Assembly: GCA_038206105.1 (NCBI GenBank)
Contig: JBBRBF010000013.1
Coordinates: forward strand, 4,930 to 68,929
Direction of reading: 5' to 3'
Origin: Actinomycetales bacterium
GTDB taxonomy: Bacteria; Actinomycetota; Actinomycetes; Actinomycetales; JBBRBF01
DNA length: 64,000 nucleotides
Shown here: positions 31,808 through 42,417 of the stretch, piece after piece
How the letters are laid out: every line of letters begins with the position of its first letter
Position numbering within the stretch: position 1 is the stretch's first letter
The notes under the pieces: generated by a model
What the model saw: only the letters and a program-made list of their open reading frames with translations
Told to the model about the DNA's origin: nothing
The model's database searches: none
Position numbers and translations under genes: made by a program

Positions 31808-34486
31808 TCACCGGACCAGCGGCCCCGACGGCGTCCGCCGGCCGGCGCCGCCGCGGGACGGGGCCGCCGCGACGCTGTCCAACGCCGCGGGCCTGCCGAG
31901 GAAGAAGCCCTGGGCGGTGTCGCACCCCAGCTCCCGGACGGCGGCCAGCTGCTCGGCGGTCTCGACCCCCTCCGCTGTCGTCGACAGGCCGAGGGCGTGC
32001 GCGAGCTGGACCACACCCGCGACGATCCGCTCGTCGGGACCCGAGCGGGTGATGCCTGCCACGAAGCTGCGGTCGATCTTGACGACGTCCACCGGGAAGT
32101 ACCGCAGGTGCGTCAGCGAGGAGAAGCCCGTCCCGAAGTCGTCCAGGGCGATCATGACGCCCTCGGCCCTCAGCTCGTGCAGCGCCGGCACGACGCGGTC
32201 CATCCGCTCGATCAGGGTGTTCTCGGTGATCTCCAAGCAGAGGCGCGCGGGGTCGACGCCCTGGCGCCCGAGCTCGTGCAGCACGGAGGCGGCGTAGCCG
32301 TCCTGCACCAGCTGGCGTGCGGCGACGTTGACGCAGACGCGGTGCCGGCTGCCCTCGGGCGCCAGCCGGTGCGCGGTCCGCAGCGCGGCCGCCAGCGCCT
32401 GGCCGCCGATCTCGACGACGAGACCCGACTCCTCGGCGACGTCGAGGAACGCGCCGGGCAGCATCTCCACGACGGCCTCGCCGCGTTGCCGGCTCCAGCG
32501 CAGCAGGGCCTCGTGACCGACCACCTCGCCGTCGCGGAGGTCGAGGATGGGCTGGTAGGCCAGGTGCAGCGCATCGGCGGCGACCGCCTCGCGCAGGTCG
32601 ATCTCGGTCGCCATCCGCTCGTCGTCGACGCCGCGCATCGCGTCGTCGAAGTGCAGCGCGGTCGCCCGCCCGTGCGCCTTGGCGTGGTACATCGCCACCC
32701 CCGCGTGCTGGAGCAGCGTCTCCACCCCGTCACCGTCCTCGGCGACCGCCACGCCGACGCTCGCCGTCACGCGGGCCTCACCGGCGGCGAGGCGCACGGG
32801 CTCCGCGACGGCGGCGGTCACGGCCGCCGCGACGCGGTCGGCGCGCCGGGCGTCCTCGACGAGGACGGCGAACTCGTCACCCGCGAGTCGCGCGACGAGC
32901 TCGCCCGGCTGGACGACCGCCCTCAGCCGGCGGGCGATCTCGCCGATGAGGGCGTCGCCCGCCTCGTGGCCGAGCGCGCTGTTGACCAGCGCGAACCGGT
33001 CCAGCCCGAGCACGAGCACCGCCACCGGCGGGCGGTCGCCGGTGACGGACAGCGCGGCCTGCACGAGCTGGATGAGGACGGCGCGGGTCGGCAGGCCCGT
33101 GAGCGGGTCGTGCAGCGCCCGCTGGGCCAGCTGCTCGGTGACCATCCGCTGCTCGGTGACGTCCTCGACGTGCAGCACGGCGTACCGGGAGTGCCCGGCG
33201 CCGCCGGGGGTGGCGCCTGCCTCGGCGAGACCCACGCGCGCCCACACCTCGCGGCCGCCGACGGTGGCCAGCTGGCGCTCGGCGGGCAGCACCGCGCGGG
33301 CCTGGCCCGGCCGTCGCTCGAGCAGGTCGAGCAGGCGCAACCCCGTCACGGGGAGGAGGAGGTCGTCGGCGCGCCGGCCGACGAGGTCGCGTCGCGACCG
33401 GCCGGTCATCGCGGCCAGGGACGCGTTCGCCTCCAGCAGCCGGCCCCGGTCGGTGCCGTCGAGCGCGACGAGGGCCATCCCGGTCGCCGTGGCGTCGAAC
33501 GCCGCCCGGAACCTCGCGTCGGCGGCGCGGCGTGCGCGCTCCACCTGCACCCTGGTCTGCAGCTGGACGACGCGGGCGGCGGCCAGGGCCGTGAGGACCA
33601 CCCACGCGACGGCGAGCGCTCCGAGGTCCACCGGGACGCCGGCGACGGCCTGCAGCGCACCGCCGACCGGGGCGAGCAGGCCGGCGGTGACGAGCAGCAG
33701 GAGCCGGGCCAGCGAGAGCCGGGTCCCGACGCCGACCGGCAGCGCGAGCCGACGGACGCTGGGGTGCGTCGCACCGGTCGCGACGGCCGTGTAGCCGGCC
33801 AGGTGCGCGGCGCTGGCGGGGACGCCCAGGTCCGCGCCGGTGGAGCCCGCGAGCAGGTAGAGCACCTCGCCGAGCAGGAGCAGCCCGAGGGCTGTCGAGA
33901 ACGCGCAGAACGCGAACGGGCGCGGACCGGGCTGCAGCAGCCACCGCACCACGAGGCACGCGACGGCAACGTCGGCCAGGCCGTAGGCGACGGCGAGGCC
34001 CTCGGCGACGAGACCGGCCTCGGGGTCCAGGTTCGACACGATCAGCAGCCAGGCCGCGGTGGCCACCGCGGTGCCGACGATGGCGGTGTCGAGCCAGGCA
34101 GCCCGGTCGGTCCGTCGCTGCCGGTACGTCGCCAGCGCGAGCGCGCCCGCGACGACGGGGGGGTAGCCCGCCAGGTGGAACAGGTCCGAGACCGACGGTG
34201 ACGCGGGCAGCGCACCGGTGACCTCACGCACCAGGAGCAGCCACGCGTACCCGACGAGCCAGGTGGCCATCCCGGCCGCCACGAGCAGCCACGGCCAGGC
34301 CGGCCCCGGCCACCGGCGCAGGCCGCCGAAGGCGACGAGCCCGATCGCGGCCGCGGCCACGGCGACGTAGACGACGGCCTGGACGAGCGGCCACGGCATC
34401 ACGAGGACGTAGGCCGTCACGAGCGCAGCGGGGACCACCAGCCACGGCAGGCTGCCGGTCCGTGCAGACGCGACGGCCGGACCCAC
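31808..34486 (-). CDS. Membrane sensor-PAS-GGDEF-EAL protein (probable c-di-GMP phosphodiesterase)
   Basis: About 9 TM segments, PAS, degenerate AGDEF, and intact EALLRW/NV/EITE/DDFGTG/KID/EGVE/QG. Confidence 0.9.
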   Translation of the reverse strand: MGPAVASARTGSLPWLVVPAALVTAYVLVMPWPLVQAVVYVAVAAAAIGLVAFGGLRRWPGPAWPWLLVAAGMATWLVGYAWLLLVREVTGALPASPSVSDLFHLAGYPPVVAGALALATYRQRRTDRAAWLDTAIVGTAVATAAWLLIVSNLDPEAGLVAEGLAVAYGLADVAVACLVVRWLLQPGPRPFAFCAFSTALGLLLLGEVLYLLAGSTGADLGVPASAAHLAGYTAVATGATHPSVRRLALPVGVGTRLSLARLLLLVTAGLLAPVGGALQAVAGVPVDLGALAVAWVVLTALAAARVVQLQTRVQVERARRAADARFRAAFDATATGMALVALDGTDRGRLLEANASLAAMTGRSRRDLVGRRADDLLLPVTGLRLLDLLERRPGQARAVLPAERQLATVGGREVWARVGLAEAGATPGGAGHSRYAVLHVEDVTEQRMVTEQLAQRALHDPLTGLPTRAVLIQLVQAALSVTGDRPPVAVLVLGLDRFALVNSALGHEAGDALIGEIARRLRAVVQPGELVARLAGDEFAVLVEDARRADRVAAAVTAAVAEPVRLAAGEARVTASVGVAVAEDGDGVETLLQHAGVAMYHAKAHGRATALHFDDAMRGVDDERMATEIDLREAVAADALHLAYQPILDLRDGEVVGHEALLRWSRQRGEAVVEMLPGAFLDVAEESGLVVEIGGQALAAALRTAHRLAPEGSRHRVCVNVAARQLVQDGYAASVLHELGRQGVDPARLCLEITENTLIERMDRVVPALHELRAEGVMIALDDFGTGFSSLTHLRYFPVDVVKIDRSFVAGITRSGPDERIVAGVVQLAHALGLSTTAEGVETAEQLAAVRELGCDTAQGFFLGRPAALDSVAAAPSRGGAGRRTPSGPLVR

Positions 34487-34509
34487 GCGCCTCCCCCTGA
34501 CCGCTCACT

Positions 34510-34530
34510 TCTGACAGTGATCACACGGTA
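34510..34530 (-). promoter_or_regulatory. TACCGT -10 box abutting a CRP/GlxR-like site TGTGA-N6-TCAGA
   Basis: Minus strand reads TACCGTGTGATCACTGTCAGA. Confidence 0.4.
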
Positions 34531-34658
34531 GCAGCGTGCGACCACCTCGGTCCACGGGACGACGCAGGCCGGTGGACGTCCGAGGCACCGGGACCCCGAC
34601 GGGAGGGCTGTGGCGGCGGTGCGTCCGGCGTGGCGGGCTCACCCGGGGCGGGCGGCGC

Positions 34659-36413
34659 TCACTCCCACTCGATCGTCCCCGGCGGCTTGCTCGTGACGTC
34701 GAGGACGACCCGGTTGACACCGTCCACCTCGTTGGTGATCCGTGTCGAGATCCGCTGCAGCACGTCACCCGGCAGCCTCGCCCAGTCGGCCGTCATCGCG
34801 TCGTCGCTCGTGACCGGACGCAGCACGACCGGGTGGCCGTACGTTCGACCGTCCCCCTGCACCCCGACGGAGCGGACGTCGGCGAGCAGCACGACGGGGC
34901 ACTGCCAGATCGCCCGATCCAGGTCGGCGGCGGTGAGCTCCTCGCGCACGACGGCGTCGGCGGCGCGCAGCGTGGCCAGCCGCTCCGGGGTCACCTCCCC
35001 GACGATCCGGATCGCGAGCCCCGGGCCCGGGAAGGGCTGGCGCCACACGATCGCCTCGGGCAGACCGAGCTCCTCCCCGACGGCCCGGACCTCGTCCTTG
35101 AACAGCGTGCGCAGCGGCTCGACCAGCTCGAAGGCGAGGTCGTCGGGCAGTCCACCGACGTTGTGGTGGCTCTTGATGTTCGCCGCGCCCTCGCCTCCGC
35201 CGGACTCGACGACGTCGGGGTACAGCGTCCCCTGCACGAGGAACCGGACCTCGCCGCCGCAGGCCACGTCGGCGACCACCTCACGGGCCGCGGCCTCGAA
35301 GACCCGGATGAACTCCCGGCCGATGACCTTGCGCTTCTGCTCCGGGTCGCTGACGCCGGCGAGCGCGGCGGCGAACCGGTCGGCGGCGTCGACGGTCCGC
35401 AGCCGGATCCCGGTAGCGGCGACGTAGTCGCGCTCGACCTGCTCCGCCTCGCCGGCGCGCAGCAGGCCGTGGTCGACGAACACGCACGTCAGGCGGTCCC
35501 CCACGGCCTCGTGCACGAGGGCCGCCGCCACGGCGGAGTCGACCCCGCCGGAGAGACCGCAGATCACGTGCGCGTCACCGACCTGGGCCCGGACCCGCTC
35601 GACCTGCTCGGCGATGACGTTGCCGGTGGTCCAGTCCGGCGTGATCCCTGCGCCGCGGCGCAGGAAGTTCTCGATCACGTGCTGCCCGAAGGTGGAGTGG
35701 CGCACCTCGGGGTGCCACTGCACCCCGAACAGGCGGCGCTCGGCGTCCTCCATGGCGGCGACGGGTGCGGCGGACGACGACGCGGTGACGGAGAAGCCCT
35801 CCGGTGCCGACGTGACCGCGTCGCCGTGGCTCATCCACACGCTCTGGCTGGCCGGCTGGCCGGTCAGCAGGGCGCTGTCGGCGGGCTCGGCGCTCAGCTG
35901 GGTGCCGCCGTACTCGCGCAGCCCGGTGCGGGCGACGTCGCCGCCGAGGGCCGAGGCCATCGCCTGGAAGCCGTAGCAGATCCCCAGCACCGGGACCCCG
36001 GCGTCGAAGACCGCGGGGTCGACGCGCGGGGCGCCCTCGGCGTACACCGACGCCGGCCCGCCGGACAGGATGATCGCCGCCGGGTCGCGGGCGAGCATGG
36101 CCTCCACGTCCGTCGTGTGCGGGACGATCTCGGAGTACACATCCGCCTCGCGGACCCGGCGCGCGATGAGCTGGGCGTACTGGGCGCCGAAGTCGACGAC
36201 GAGGACGGGTCGGTGGCTGTCTGCCGGCGGCCCGGCGTCGCCGGCAGCGGTGACGGCGGCGCTCCCGGGGGTCGCGGGCGCCGGGGCGCCGTCCGCGGTG
36301 ACGTCGCTGATCGGGTCGCCCACGTCGCGGCCACGACGGCCGGGGGCGTCCTCGGGGTCGCCGCCGGGCACGGTGCCGCGTCGCTCACCCGCGGCGCCGG
36401 GGGCGCGGCTCAC
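34659..36413 (-). CDS. guaA: GMP synthase (glutamine-hydrolysing)
   Basis: [31 protein letters not shown] and KPPGTIEWE. Start uncertain: GTG 36413 overlaps the upstream stop, and 36323 is an alternative. Confidence 0.95.
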   Translation of the reverse strand: MSRAPGAAGERRGTVPGGDPEDAPGRRGRDVGDPISDVTADGAPAPATPGSAAVTAAGDAGPPADSHRPVLVVDFGAQYAQLIARRVREADVYSEIVPHTTDVEAMLARDPAAIILSGGPASVYAEGAPRVDPAVFDAGVPVLGICYGFQAMASALGGDVARTGLREYGGTQLSAEPADSALLTGQPASQSVWMSHGDAVTSAPEGFSVTASSSAAPVAAMEDAERRLFGVQWHPEVRHSTFGQHVIENFLRRGAGITPDWTTGNVIAEQVERVRAQVGDAHVICGLSGGVDSAVAAALVHEAVGDRLTCVFVDHGLLRAGEAEQVERDYVAATGIRLRTVDAADRFAAALAGVSDPEQKRKVIGREFIRVFEAAAREVVADVACGGEVRFLVQGTLYPDVVESGGGEGAANIKSHHNVGGLPDDLAFELVEPLRTLFKDEVRAVGEELGLPEAIVWRQPFPGPGLAIRIVGEVTPERLATLRAADAVVREELTAADLDRAIWQCPVVLLADVRSVGVQGDGRTYGHPVVLRPVTSDDAMTADWARLPGDVLQRISTRITNEVDGVNRVVLDVTSKPPGTIEWE

Positions 36414-36793
36414 GGCCGGCCACCCGGAGCGGTCCGGGCCCGCACCTCGGCCGTGACCCGGTGCTCGGCGACGAACGACAGCACCGGGACGACCCCGGCG
36501 AGCACGAGCACGACGAGACGCCCCAGCCCCCACCGGAGCTTGGACCACAGGTCCAGCACGGTGAGCAGGTAGAGCACGTAGATCCAGCCGTGGGTGATGG
36601 CGACCCAGGTCCCGAGCCACGGCTCGCCGCCGCGGAACAGGTACTTGGCGACCATCTCGGCGGTGAGGAGCAGCAGGAAGGCGCCGGTCACCCACGCCAT
36701 CACCCGGTACCGCTGCAGGGCTCGCGCCAGCGTGCGCGGGTCGACGCGGCGGGCCGTGGTGGGCTCGGCCGCCCCGGGGGCGTCCCGGGTCAC
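36410..36793 (-). CDS. DUF3817 membrane protein
   Basis: [19 protein letters not shown] and [12 protein letters not shown]. Confidence 0.8.
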   Translation of the reverse strand: MTRDAPGAAEPTTARRVDPRTLARALQRYRVMAWVTGAFLLLLTAEMVAKYLFRGGEPWLGTWVAITHGWIYVLYLLTVLDLWSKLRWGLGRLVVLVLAGVVPVLSFVAEHRVTAEVRARTAPGGRP

Positions 36794-37701
36794 GGCCGCG
36801 CCCCGGCGTCGGAGGGCTGAGGGGGCCCGCCCTGGTCGGCACCCTGTTCAGCACCGTGGTCGGCGCCAGCGGCAGCCGGGCTCGTGCGGGAGGTCACCGG
36901 GTCATCCTCCCCGGCTGCCCCCGGTCCCGGGACCGGGGGTCGCCGCGCGGACGGGTCGGGCTCGGCATCGCGGCGGGGAGCCTGGGCCTCCCGGCGGTGG
37001 GCCTCGGCCACCACGCGCCACCAGACGAAGACCGCGAAGCCGGCGAAGACCCACCACTGCAGGGCGTAGGACAGGTTCCGCAGCTCCAGGCCACCGCCCC
37101 CCCGGTCGGGCTCGGGCAGCGCGACGAGCGGCGCCGGCGGCACCGGTTCGGTCACCGCCAGGTACGCCGTCCACAGCGGCGTGCCCCAGACGTTGGCGAG
37201 GTCGGCGGGGCTGACCGCGTCGACGCGGGCGACGTCGGCCCCGGGGGCGAGCCCGGTGGGTGCGCTGCCGGCCTCCAGCCGGCCGGTGAGCCGAACGGTC
37301 CCCGTGGGTGCCGGGGGGACGTCGGCGGGTCCGGCGCCCGGCCCCGTCGCCCCGCGGACGACGGGCAGGCGCGCCCGACCGTCCGGGGTGTCAACGAGCA
37401 AGGGGGTCAGCACCCAGGTCGCGTCCCCGGCGTCCACGAGCAGCTGCTCGCCCGGGTCGTAGCGGCCGGTGACGGTGACGGTGCGTCCCACCACGGCCCC
37501 GGTCACGGGTGTCGCCGGGGGCAGGACGGACAGCAGGTCCGTGGCGGGCTGGCCGGCGCGCTGCGACTGGGCGGCGCGGGCGTCCGCCTCGACCCGCGAC
37601 CGCTGCAGCTGCCAGTCCCCGAGCCAGGCGAAGGTCGCCGCCAGGCCGAGCGCGGCCGCGAGCAGGGCCAGGTGGCGGGGCCGGGTCGCGGTGCGGAACA
37701 C
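36790..37701 (-). CDS. SURF1-family protein
   Basis: [19 protein letters not shown] and [15 protein letters not shown]. Confidence 0.85.
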   Translation of the reverse strand: MFRTATRPRHLALLAAALGLAATFAWLGDWQLQRSRVEADARAAQSQRAGQPATDLLSVLPPATPVTGAVVGRTVTVTGRYDPGEQLLVDAGDATWVLTPLLVDTPDGRARLPVVRGATGPGAGPADVPPAPTGTVRLTGRLEAGSAPTGLAPGADVARVDAVSPADLANVWGTPLWTAYLAVTEPVPPAPLVALPEPDRGGGGLELRNLSYALQWWVFAGFAVFVWWRVVAEAHRREAQAPRRDAEPDPSARRPPVPGPGAAGEDDPVTSRTSPAAAGADHGAEQGADQGGPPQPSDAGARP

Positions 37702-37717
37702 ACCAGCACGCTACGTC

Positions 37718-39369
37718 GTGGCGTCGCGGGACCGGCTCCGGACGGGTCGCGACGGCGACGGCGAGCAGCCCGACCGACGTCGGACCCGGGGACGCTTCCT
37801 GCACCAGGTCGCCCGCCGGCAGGCCGCCACCTGGCCTGGGCGCCGCGGCGGGAGCGTTGTGGATGCTCGCCCAGGCCCTCGTGCCCTGGGCGCTGGGACG
37901 AGCCGTGGACGCCGGGCTCACGGCCCGCGACCTTGGCGCCGTGGCGCTGTGGGCCGCCGTCCTGCTGGGGCTGGCTCTGGCCCAGGCGTGCGCCGGGACG
38001 GTCCGGCACCGGCTGGCCGTGAGCTGCTGGCTGCAGGCCGCCCTGGGCACGTGCCGCCTCGTCGGCCATCACGTCGCGGGGACCGGCGGCGCGCTGCCGC
38101 GCCGGCTCCCCACCGGCGAGGTCGTCTCCACGGTGGCGACCGACTCCGTGCGGGTCGGGGAGGCGTTCGACGTCGTGCCGCGCTTCGTCGGGGCCCTGGT
38201 CTCCGCCGTCGTCGTCGCGGCGCTGCTGCTGGACCGGTCCGCCGTCCTGGGACTGGTGGTGCTGGCCGGCGTCCCGGCGACGGCGGCCGTGCTCGCGCTC
38301 GTCGTACGGCCGTTGGAGTCCCGGCAGGCCGCGCAGCGCGCGACCTCCGGCGAGCTGACCGCCCTGGGGGCCGACACCGTCGCGGGCCTGCGCGTGCTGC
38401 ACGGGGTCGGGGATGAGCGGGTCTTCCTGCGTCGGTACGTGCAGCGCTCGCCGGAGGTGCGGCAGGCGGGCGAGCGGGTCGCCGGGGTGCAGGCGACGCT
38501 CGACGCGCTGCAGGTGCTGCTGTCGGGGCTGCTGCTCGCCGCGGTGACGTGGCTCGGCGCGCGGGCGGTCGTCGCTGGGTGGCTGACGCCCGGCGAGCGG
38601 GCTCGTGGTCCGTCCCGGCGGGCTGAGCGTGGTGGCCGCCGAAGGCCCGGACGGCGGCGCCGCGCTGGCCGCCCGGCTCGGCCGGCTGCGCGACGACGCC
38701 GGGCCGCCCGCTGTCCCGGGTGGCGTGCCCCTGACGCAGCTGCCGGTCGCGGCCGTCCGGCGCCGCGTGGTCGTGTGCGGCGGCGACGCCGACCTGTTCA
38801 CCGGCTCGCTGTGGCGGGTGCTGGACCCCTCGGGCCGGCACAGCGACGCGGAGATCCGGGCGGCCTGCGCGACGGCGTGCGCGGACGACGTCCTCGCGGC
38901 CCTCCCGCGCGGGCTCTCGGAGGACATCAGCGAGCGGGGCCGGTCCCTGTCGGGCGGACAGCGCCAGCGACTCGCGCTGGCGCGGGCCCTGCCACCGGCG
39001 CGGAGGTGCTGGTGCTCGTCGAGCCGACCAGTGCGGTCGACGCGCACACGGAGGCGGCGGTGGGCGAGGCGCTGCGCGCCGCGAGGGCGGGACGCACCAC
39101 GGTCGTGCTCACCACCAGCCCGCTGCTGGCGCAGCGGGCCGCGAGGTGGTCCTGCTGCCGAGGGACGGGTCGCGGCGACCGGGATCCACGGCGGGCTCCT
39201 GCGACGCCGGGACGCGGTCGGCCGCCGCTACCGCCGGGTCGTGCTCCGCGACCTCGCCGACGCCGTGGCCGGTGCCGACGCCGTGGCCGGTGCCGACGCC
39301 GAGGAAGGGGTTGACGCCGAGGAAGGGGTTGACGCCGGGGCACGCCTGCAGCACGAGGTGGTCCGGTGA
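37718..39369 (+). pseudogene. ABC exporter TMD-NBD half, with multiple frameshifts and an internal deletion
   Basis: Pieces in different frames: GRFLHQVARRQ / WMLAQALVPWALGRAVD..GLRVLHGVG / GLVVRPGG..SLSGGQRQRLALARAL / VLVEPTSAVDAHTE. Breaks near 37832, 38597, 38995 and 39145. Confidence 0.85.
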
Positions 39370-41130
39370 GCACGACGCTGCCGGTGTCCTCGTCCGCCGC
39401 GGTGAGCGCCGAGACGACGCGGCTGCTGCGCTCGCACCGCGGCCGGCTGGCCGGGGTCGTAGCGCTGCACGCCCTGGCCGCCCTGGCGGCCCTCGGCGCA
39501 CCCTGGCTGCTCGGCGTCCTCGTCGACGCGGTGACCGCGGGCACGACCGAGGCGGTGGTCGACCGCACCGCCCTGCTGCTGCTCGGCTTCGTCGCGGCCG
39601 ACGCTGCGCTCACGCGTTGGCCGCAGCGGTCCGCGCTCGTGCTCGGGGAGGACGTGTTCGCCTCGCTGCGCGAGGAGTTCATGACCCGGGTCACGTCGCT
39701 TCCGCTGTCGACGGTCGAGCGGGCCGGCACCGGTGACCTCGTCTCCCGGACGACGAACGACGTCGAGGCGATCCAGTGGGCGGTCCGCTCGGCGTCCCCA
39801 GCATCCCCAGCGTCCTCGTGCGGCGACGACCGCGACGCTGACCGCCGCGGCTGCCACCGCTCGCGGGGGCCCGGCCGCGCTCGCGCTGCTGGCAGGCCTG
39901 CCACTGCTCGCCGTCTCGACCCGCTGGTACCTGCGCCGGGCGCCTCGGGGGTACCGGCGCGAGCGGGCGACGTACGCGCGCCTCAACGGCGTCATCACCG
40001 AGACCGTCGACGGGGCGGCCACGGTCGACGCGCTCGACCTGGCCGCAGCCCGCCGCCGGGAGGTCGACGACGCGCTGCGCAGCTGCTTCGCCGCGGAGCG
40101 CTACACGCTGGCGCTGCGGACCCGGTGGTACCCGGTGATCGAGACCGGGTACCTGCTGCCCGTGGCGGCGTCGGTGCTGTGGGGCGGCGTCCTCGTCAAC
40201 GGCGGGTACGCCTCCGTGAGCGAGGTGACGACGGTCGCCCTGCTCGCCGTCCGGCTGGTGGACCCGATGAGCGAGCTCGTGGCGTGGCTCGACGAGCTCC
40301 AGGTGGGGGCGGCGTCGCTGGCGCGCATGATCGGGGTCGCCGAGGTGGCACCGGACCGTACGGCCTCGGGGGCGCAGCCCGACGGCACGGACCTGGTGGT
40401 CACGGGCGTGCGCTACGCCTACCGACCCGGCGTCGACGTCCTGCACGGGATCGACCTCGCCGTGGCTCCCGGTGAGCGACTCGCCGTGGTGGGACCGTCG
40501 GGAGCCGGCAAGTCCACCCTCGGGCGGCTGCTGGCGGGCGTGCACCCGCCCCGGGCCGGGTCGGTGCACGTCGGCGGCGTCCCGGTGACGGACCTGCCCC
40601 TGCCGCGTCTGCACCAGGAGGTAGCCCTGATGACCCAGGAGCACCACGTCTTCGTGGGGACGCTCGCCGACAACCTCCGGCTCGCCGACCCGGAGGCGGA
40701 CGACGCGGCCCTCGTGGCAGCACTGACCGCGGTGGACGCGCTCGCCTGGTTCGGCGCCCTCCCGGCTCGGCCTCGGCACCGACGTCGGCTCGGGCGCCCT
40801 GGCGCTCACCCCGCCGCAGGCACAGCAGGTCGCCCTGGCCCGGCTGCTGGCGCGGCCCCACACCCTCGCGCTGGACGAGGCGACGTCGCTGCTGGACCCC
40901 CGGTCGGCGCCCCACCTCGACCGCTCCCTGTCGGCGGCCTCGCGGGCCGCAGCGTCGTCGCCATCGCGCACCGGCTGCACACCGCGCACGACGCGGACCG
41001 GGTCGCCGTCGTCGAGGCCGGCCGGGTCGTGGAGCTCGGCAGCCACGACGAGCTCGCCGCCGCCGGCGGCTCCTACGCCAGCGCTGTGGCGCGCCTGGCA
41101 CGAGCCGGACCGCGGCGGCGCCCGACCTGA
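39366..41130 (+). pseudogene. Partner ABC exporter TMD-NBD half, frameshifted
   Basis: ERAGTGDLVSRTTNDV, GPSGAGKST, QQVALARLL..LDEATSLLDP (shifted frame) and IAHRLHTAHDAD. Breaks near 39790-39830, 40770 and 40935. Confidence 0.85.
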
Positions 41131-41210
41131 CCCCGCCGCGGGGTGACGAACCGCTCGTCCGCCGTCGGTCCCACCCGCGCCGCCGCCCGCGTGGGTAGAC
41201 CTGCACCAAC

Positions 41211-41344
41211 CCCGGTTGGCACAGGGCGCCCCTGTGCCAACCGGGTTGGCATGGGGCGCCCCTGTGCCAACCGGGTTGGCGGGGTTGGCGGGGTTGGCGG
41301 GGTTGGCGGGGTCGGCGGGGTCGGCGGGGTCGGCGGGGTCGGGG
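41211..41344. repeat. Two 30-bp palindromic units followed by a G-rich 9-mer tandem array
   Basis: Perfect 16-bp stem cccggttggcacaggg-cgc-ccctgtgccaaccggg, a second variant unit, then (ggggttggc)3(ggggtcggc)3ggggtcgggg. Confidence 0.9.
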
Positions 41345-41348
41345 CGCG

Positions 41349-42305
41349 TCAGGCGGACGGCGGCGCCAGCGCGGCGTAGTCGACACCGGTGAGCTCGACC
41401 GAGCGCTGCCACAGCCAGGCCGCGGCGCCCGGGTCCGCGGCGCGGGTCGACGGCGTCTCCACCACCGGCAGACCGCGCATCCCGCCGCGGGGTCCGACGA
41501 GCGCGCCACCGGGCAGGTCGTCGACTGCGGCGCGCAGCGTCGGCCACGCCCCGGCCTCGGGGCTCTGGCCGACCGCGCGGCTCGCCAGGGCGCTGAGCCG
41601 AGCCAGCCACGGCATGCCGTCCATCCGGGCACCGACCTGCTGCAGGTTCGTGGCGGCGAAGCCGGGGTGGGCAGCGGTGCTCGTCAACGGTACGCCGGCG
41701 GAGTCGGCACGACGCTGCAGCTCGAGGGTGAAGAGCAGGTTCGCCAGCTTGGACTGCCCGTATGCCGACCAGCGGGCGTACCGGTGCTCGAGCATCAGGT
41801 CGTGGGCGTGCAACCGCCCGATCCGGTGCATCGCGCTGGTCACCGTGACCACCCGGGGCTCCGGCGCGGCGAGCAGCGCGCCGAGCAGCAGCCCGGTGAG
41901 GGCGAAGTGGCCGAGGTGGTTCGTGCCGAGCTGCATCTCGAAGCCGTCCGCGGTGCGCCGGTGCGGGATCGCCATCACGCCGGCGTTGTTCACGAGCACG
42001 TCGAGCCGCCCCTGCGGCAGCTCCGGCGGCAGCGTCGCCGCGAGCTCGCGGACGGACACCAGGTCCGCGAGGTCGAGGCGGCGCACCACGGCGGAGGCGT
42101 GCGGGGCGGCGTCGCGGACCGCCGCGAGCGCCGCCTCCCCTCGCTGGGCGTCGCGGCAAGCGAGGACCACGTGAGCGCCGGCGCCGGCGAGCGCGGTCGC
42201 CGCGGCGAGGCCGATGCCCGAGTTCGCACCCGTGACGAGCGCCGACGTGCCGGTCAGGTCACCGAGGGAGTCGGTGGTCCACGCCGCGGTGGTCTCGTCG
42301 CTCAT
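41349..42305 (-). CDS. SDR oxidoreductase (retinol/protochlorophyllide reductase-like)
   Basis: TGANSGIG, NNAGVM, GTNHLGHF, YGQSK and AHPG. Confidence 0.92.
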   Translation of the reverse strand: MSDETTAAWTTDSLGDLTGTSALVTGANSGIGLAAATALAGAGAHVVLACRDAQRGEAALAAVRDAAPHASAVVRRLDLADLVSVRELAATLPPELPQGRLDVLVNNAGVMAIPHRRTADGFEMQLGTNHLGHFALTGLLLGALLAAPEPRVVTVTSAMHRIGRLHAHDLMLEHRYARWSAYGQSKLANLLFTLELQRRADSAGVPLTSTAAHPGFAATNLQQVGARMDGMPWLARLSALASRAVGQSPEAGAWPTLRAAVDDLPGGALVGPRGGMRGLPVVETPSTRAADPGAAAWLWQRSVELTGVDYAALAPPSA

Positions 42306-42417
42306 CCCCACAGGCTGCACCGATCGCACGCAGGTCACCAGCCGACCCACCCGCGGAGCACGCTGTGGCTGCCGGCGCTGCTGCCGGCGCTGCTGCCGGC
42401 GGCGCCCCGCCGCGCTC

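Noticed and set aside
34516-34525. GTGATCAC as another copy of the repeat family
   Set aside because: Only the core matches. It lacks the rest of the unit and the C/G tract, and is better explained as part of a CRP-like site.
42368-42401. 12-bp tandem repeat gctgccggcgct downstream of guaB3
   Set aside because: Short local slippage with no other copy and no evident function.
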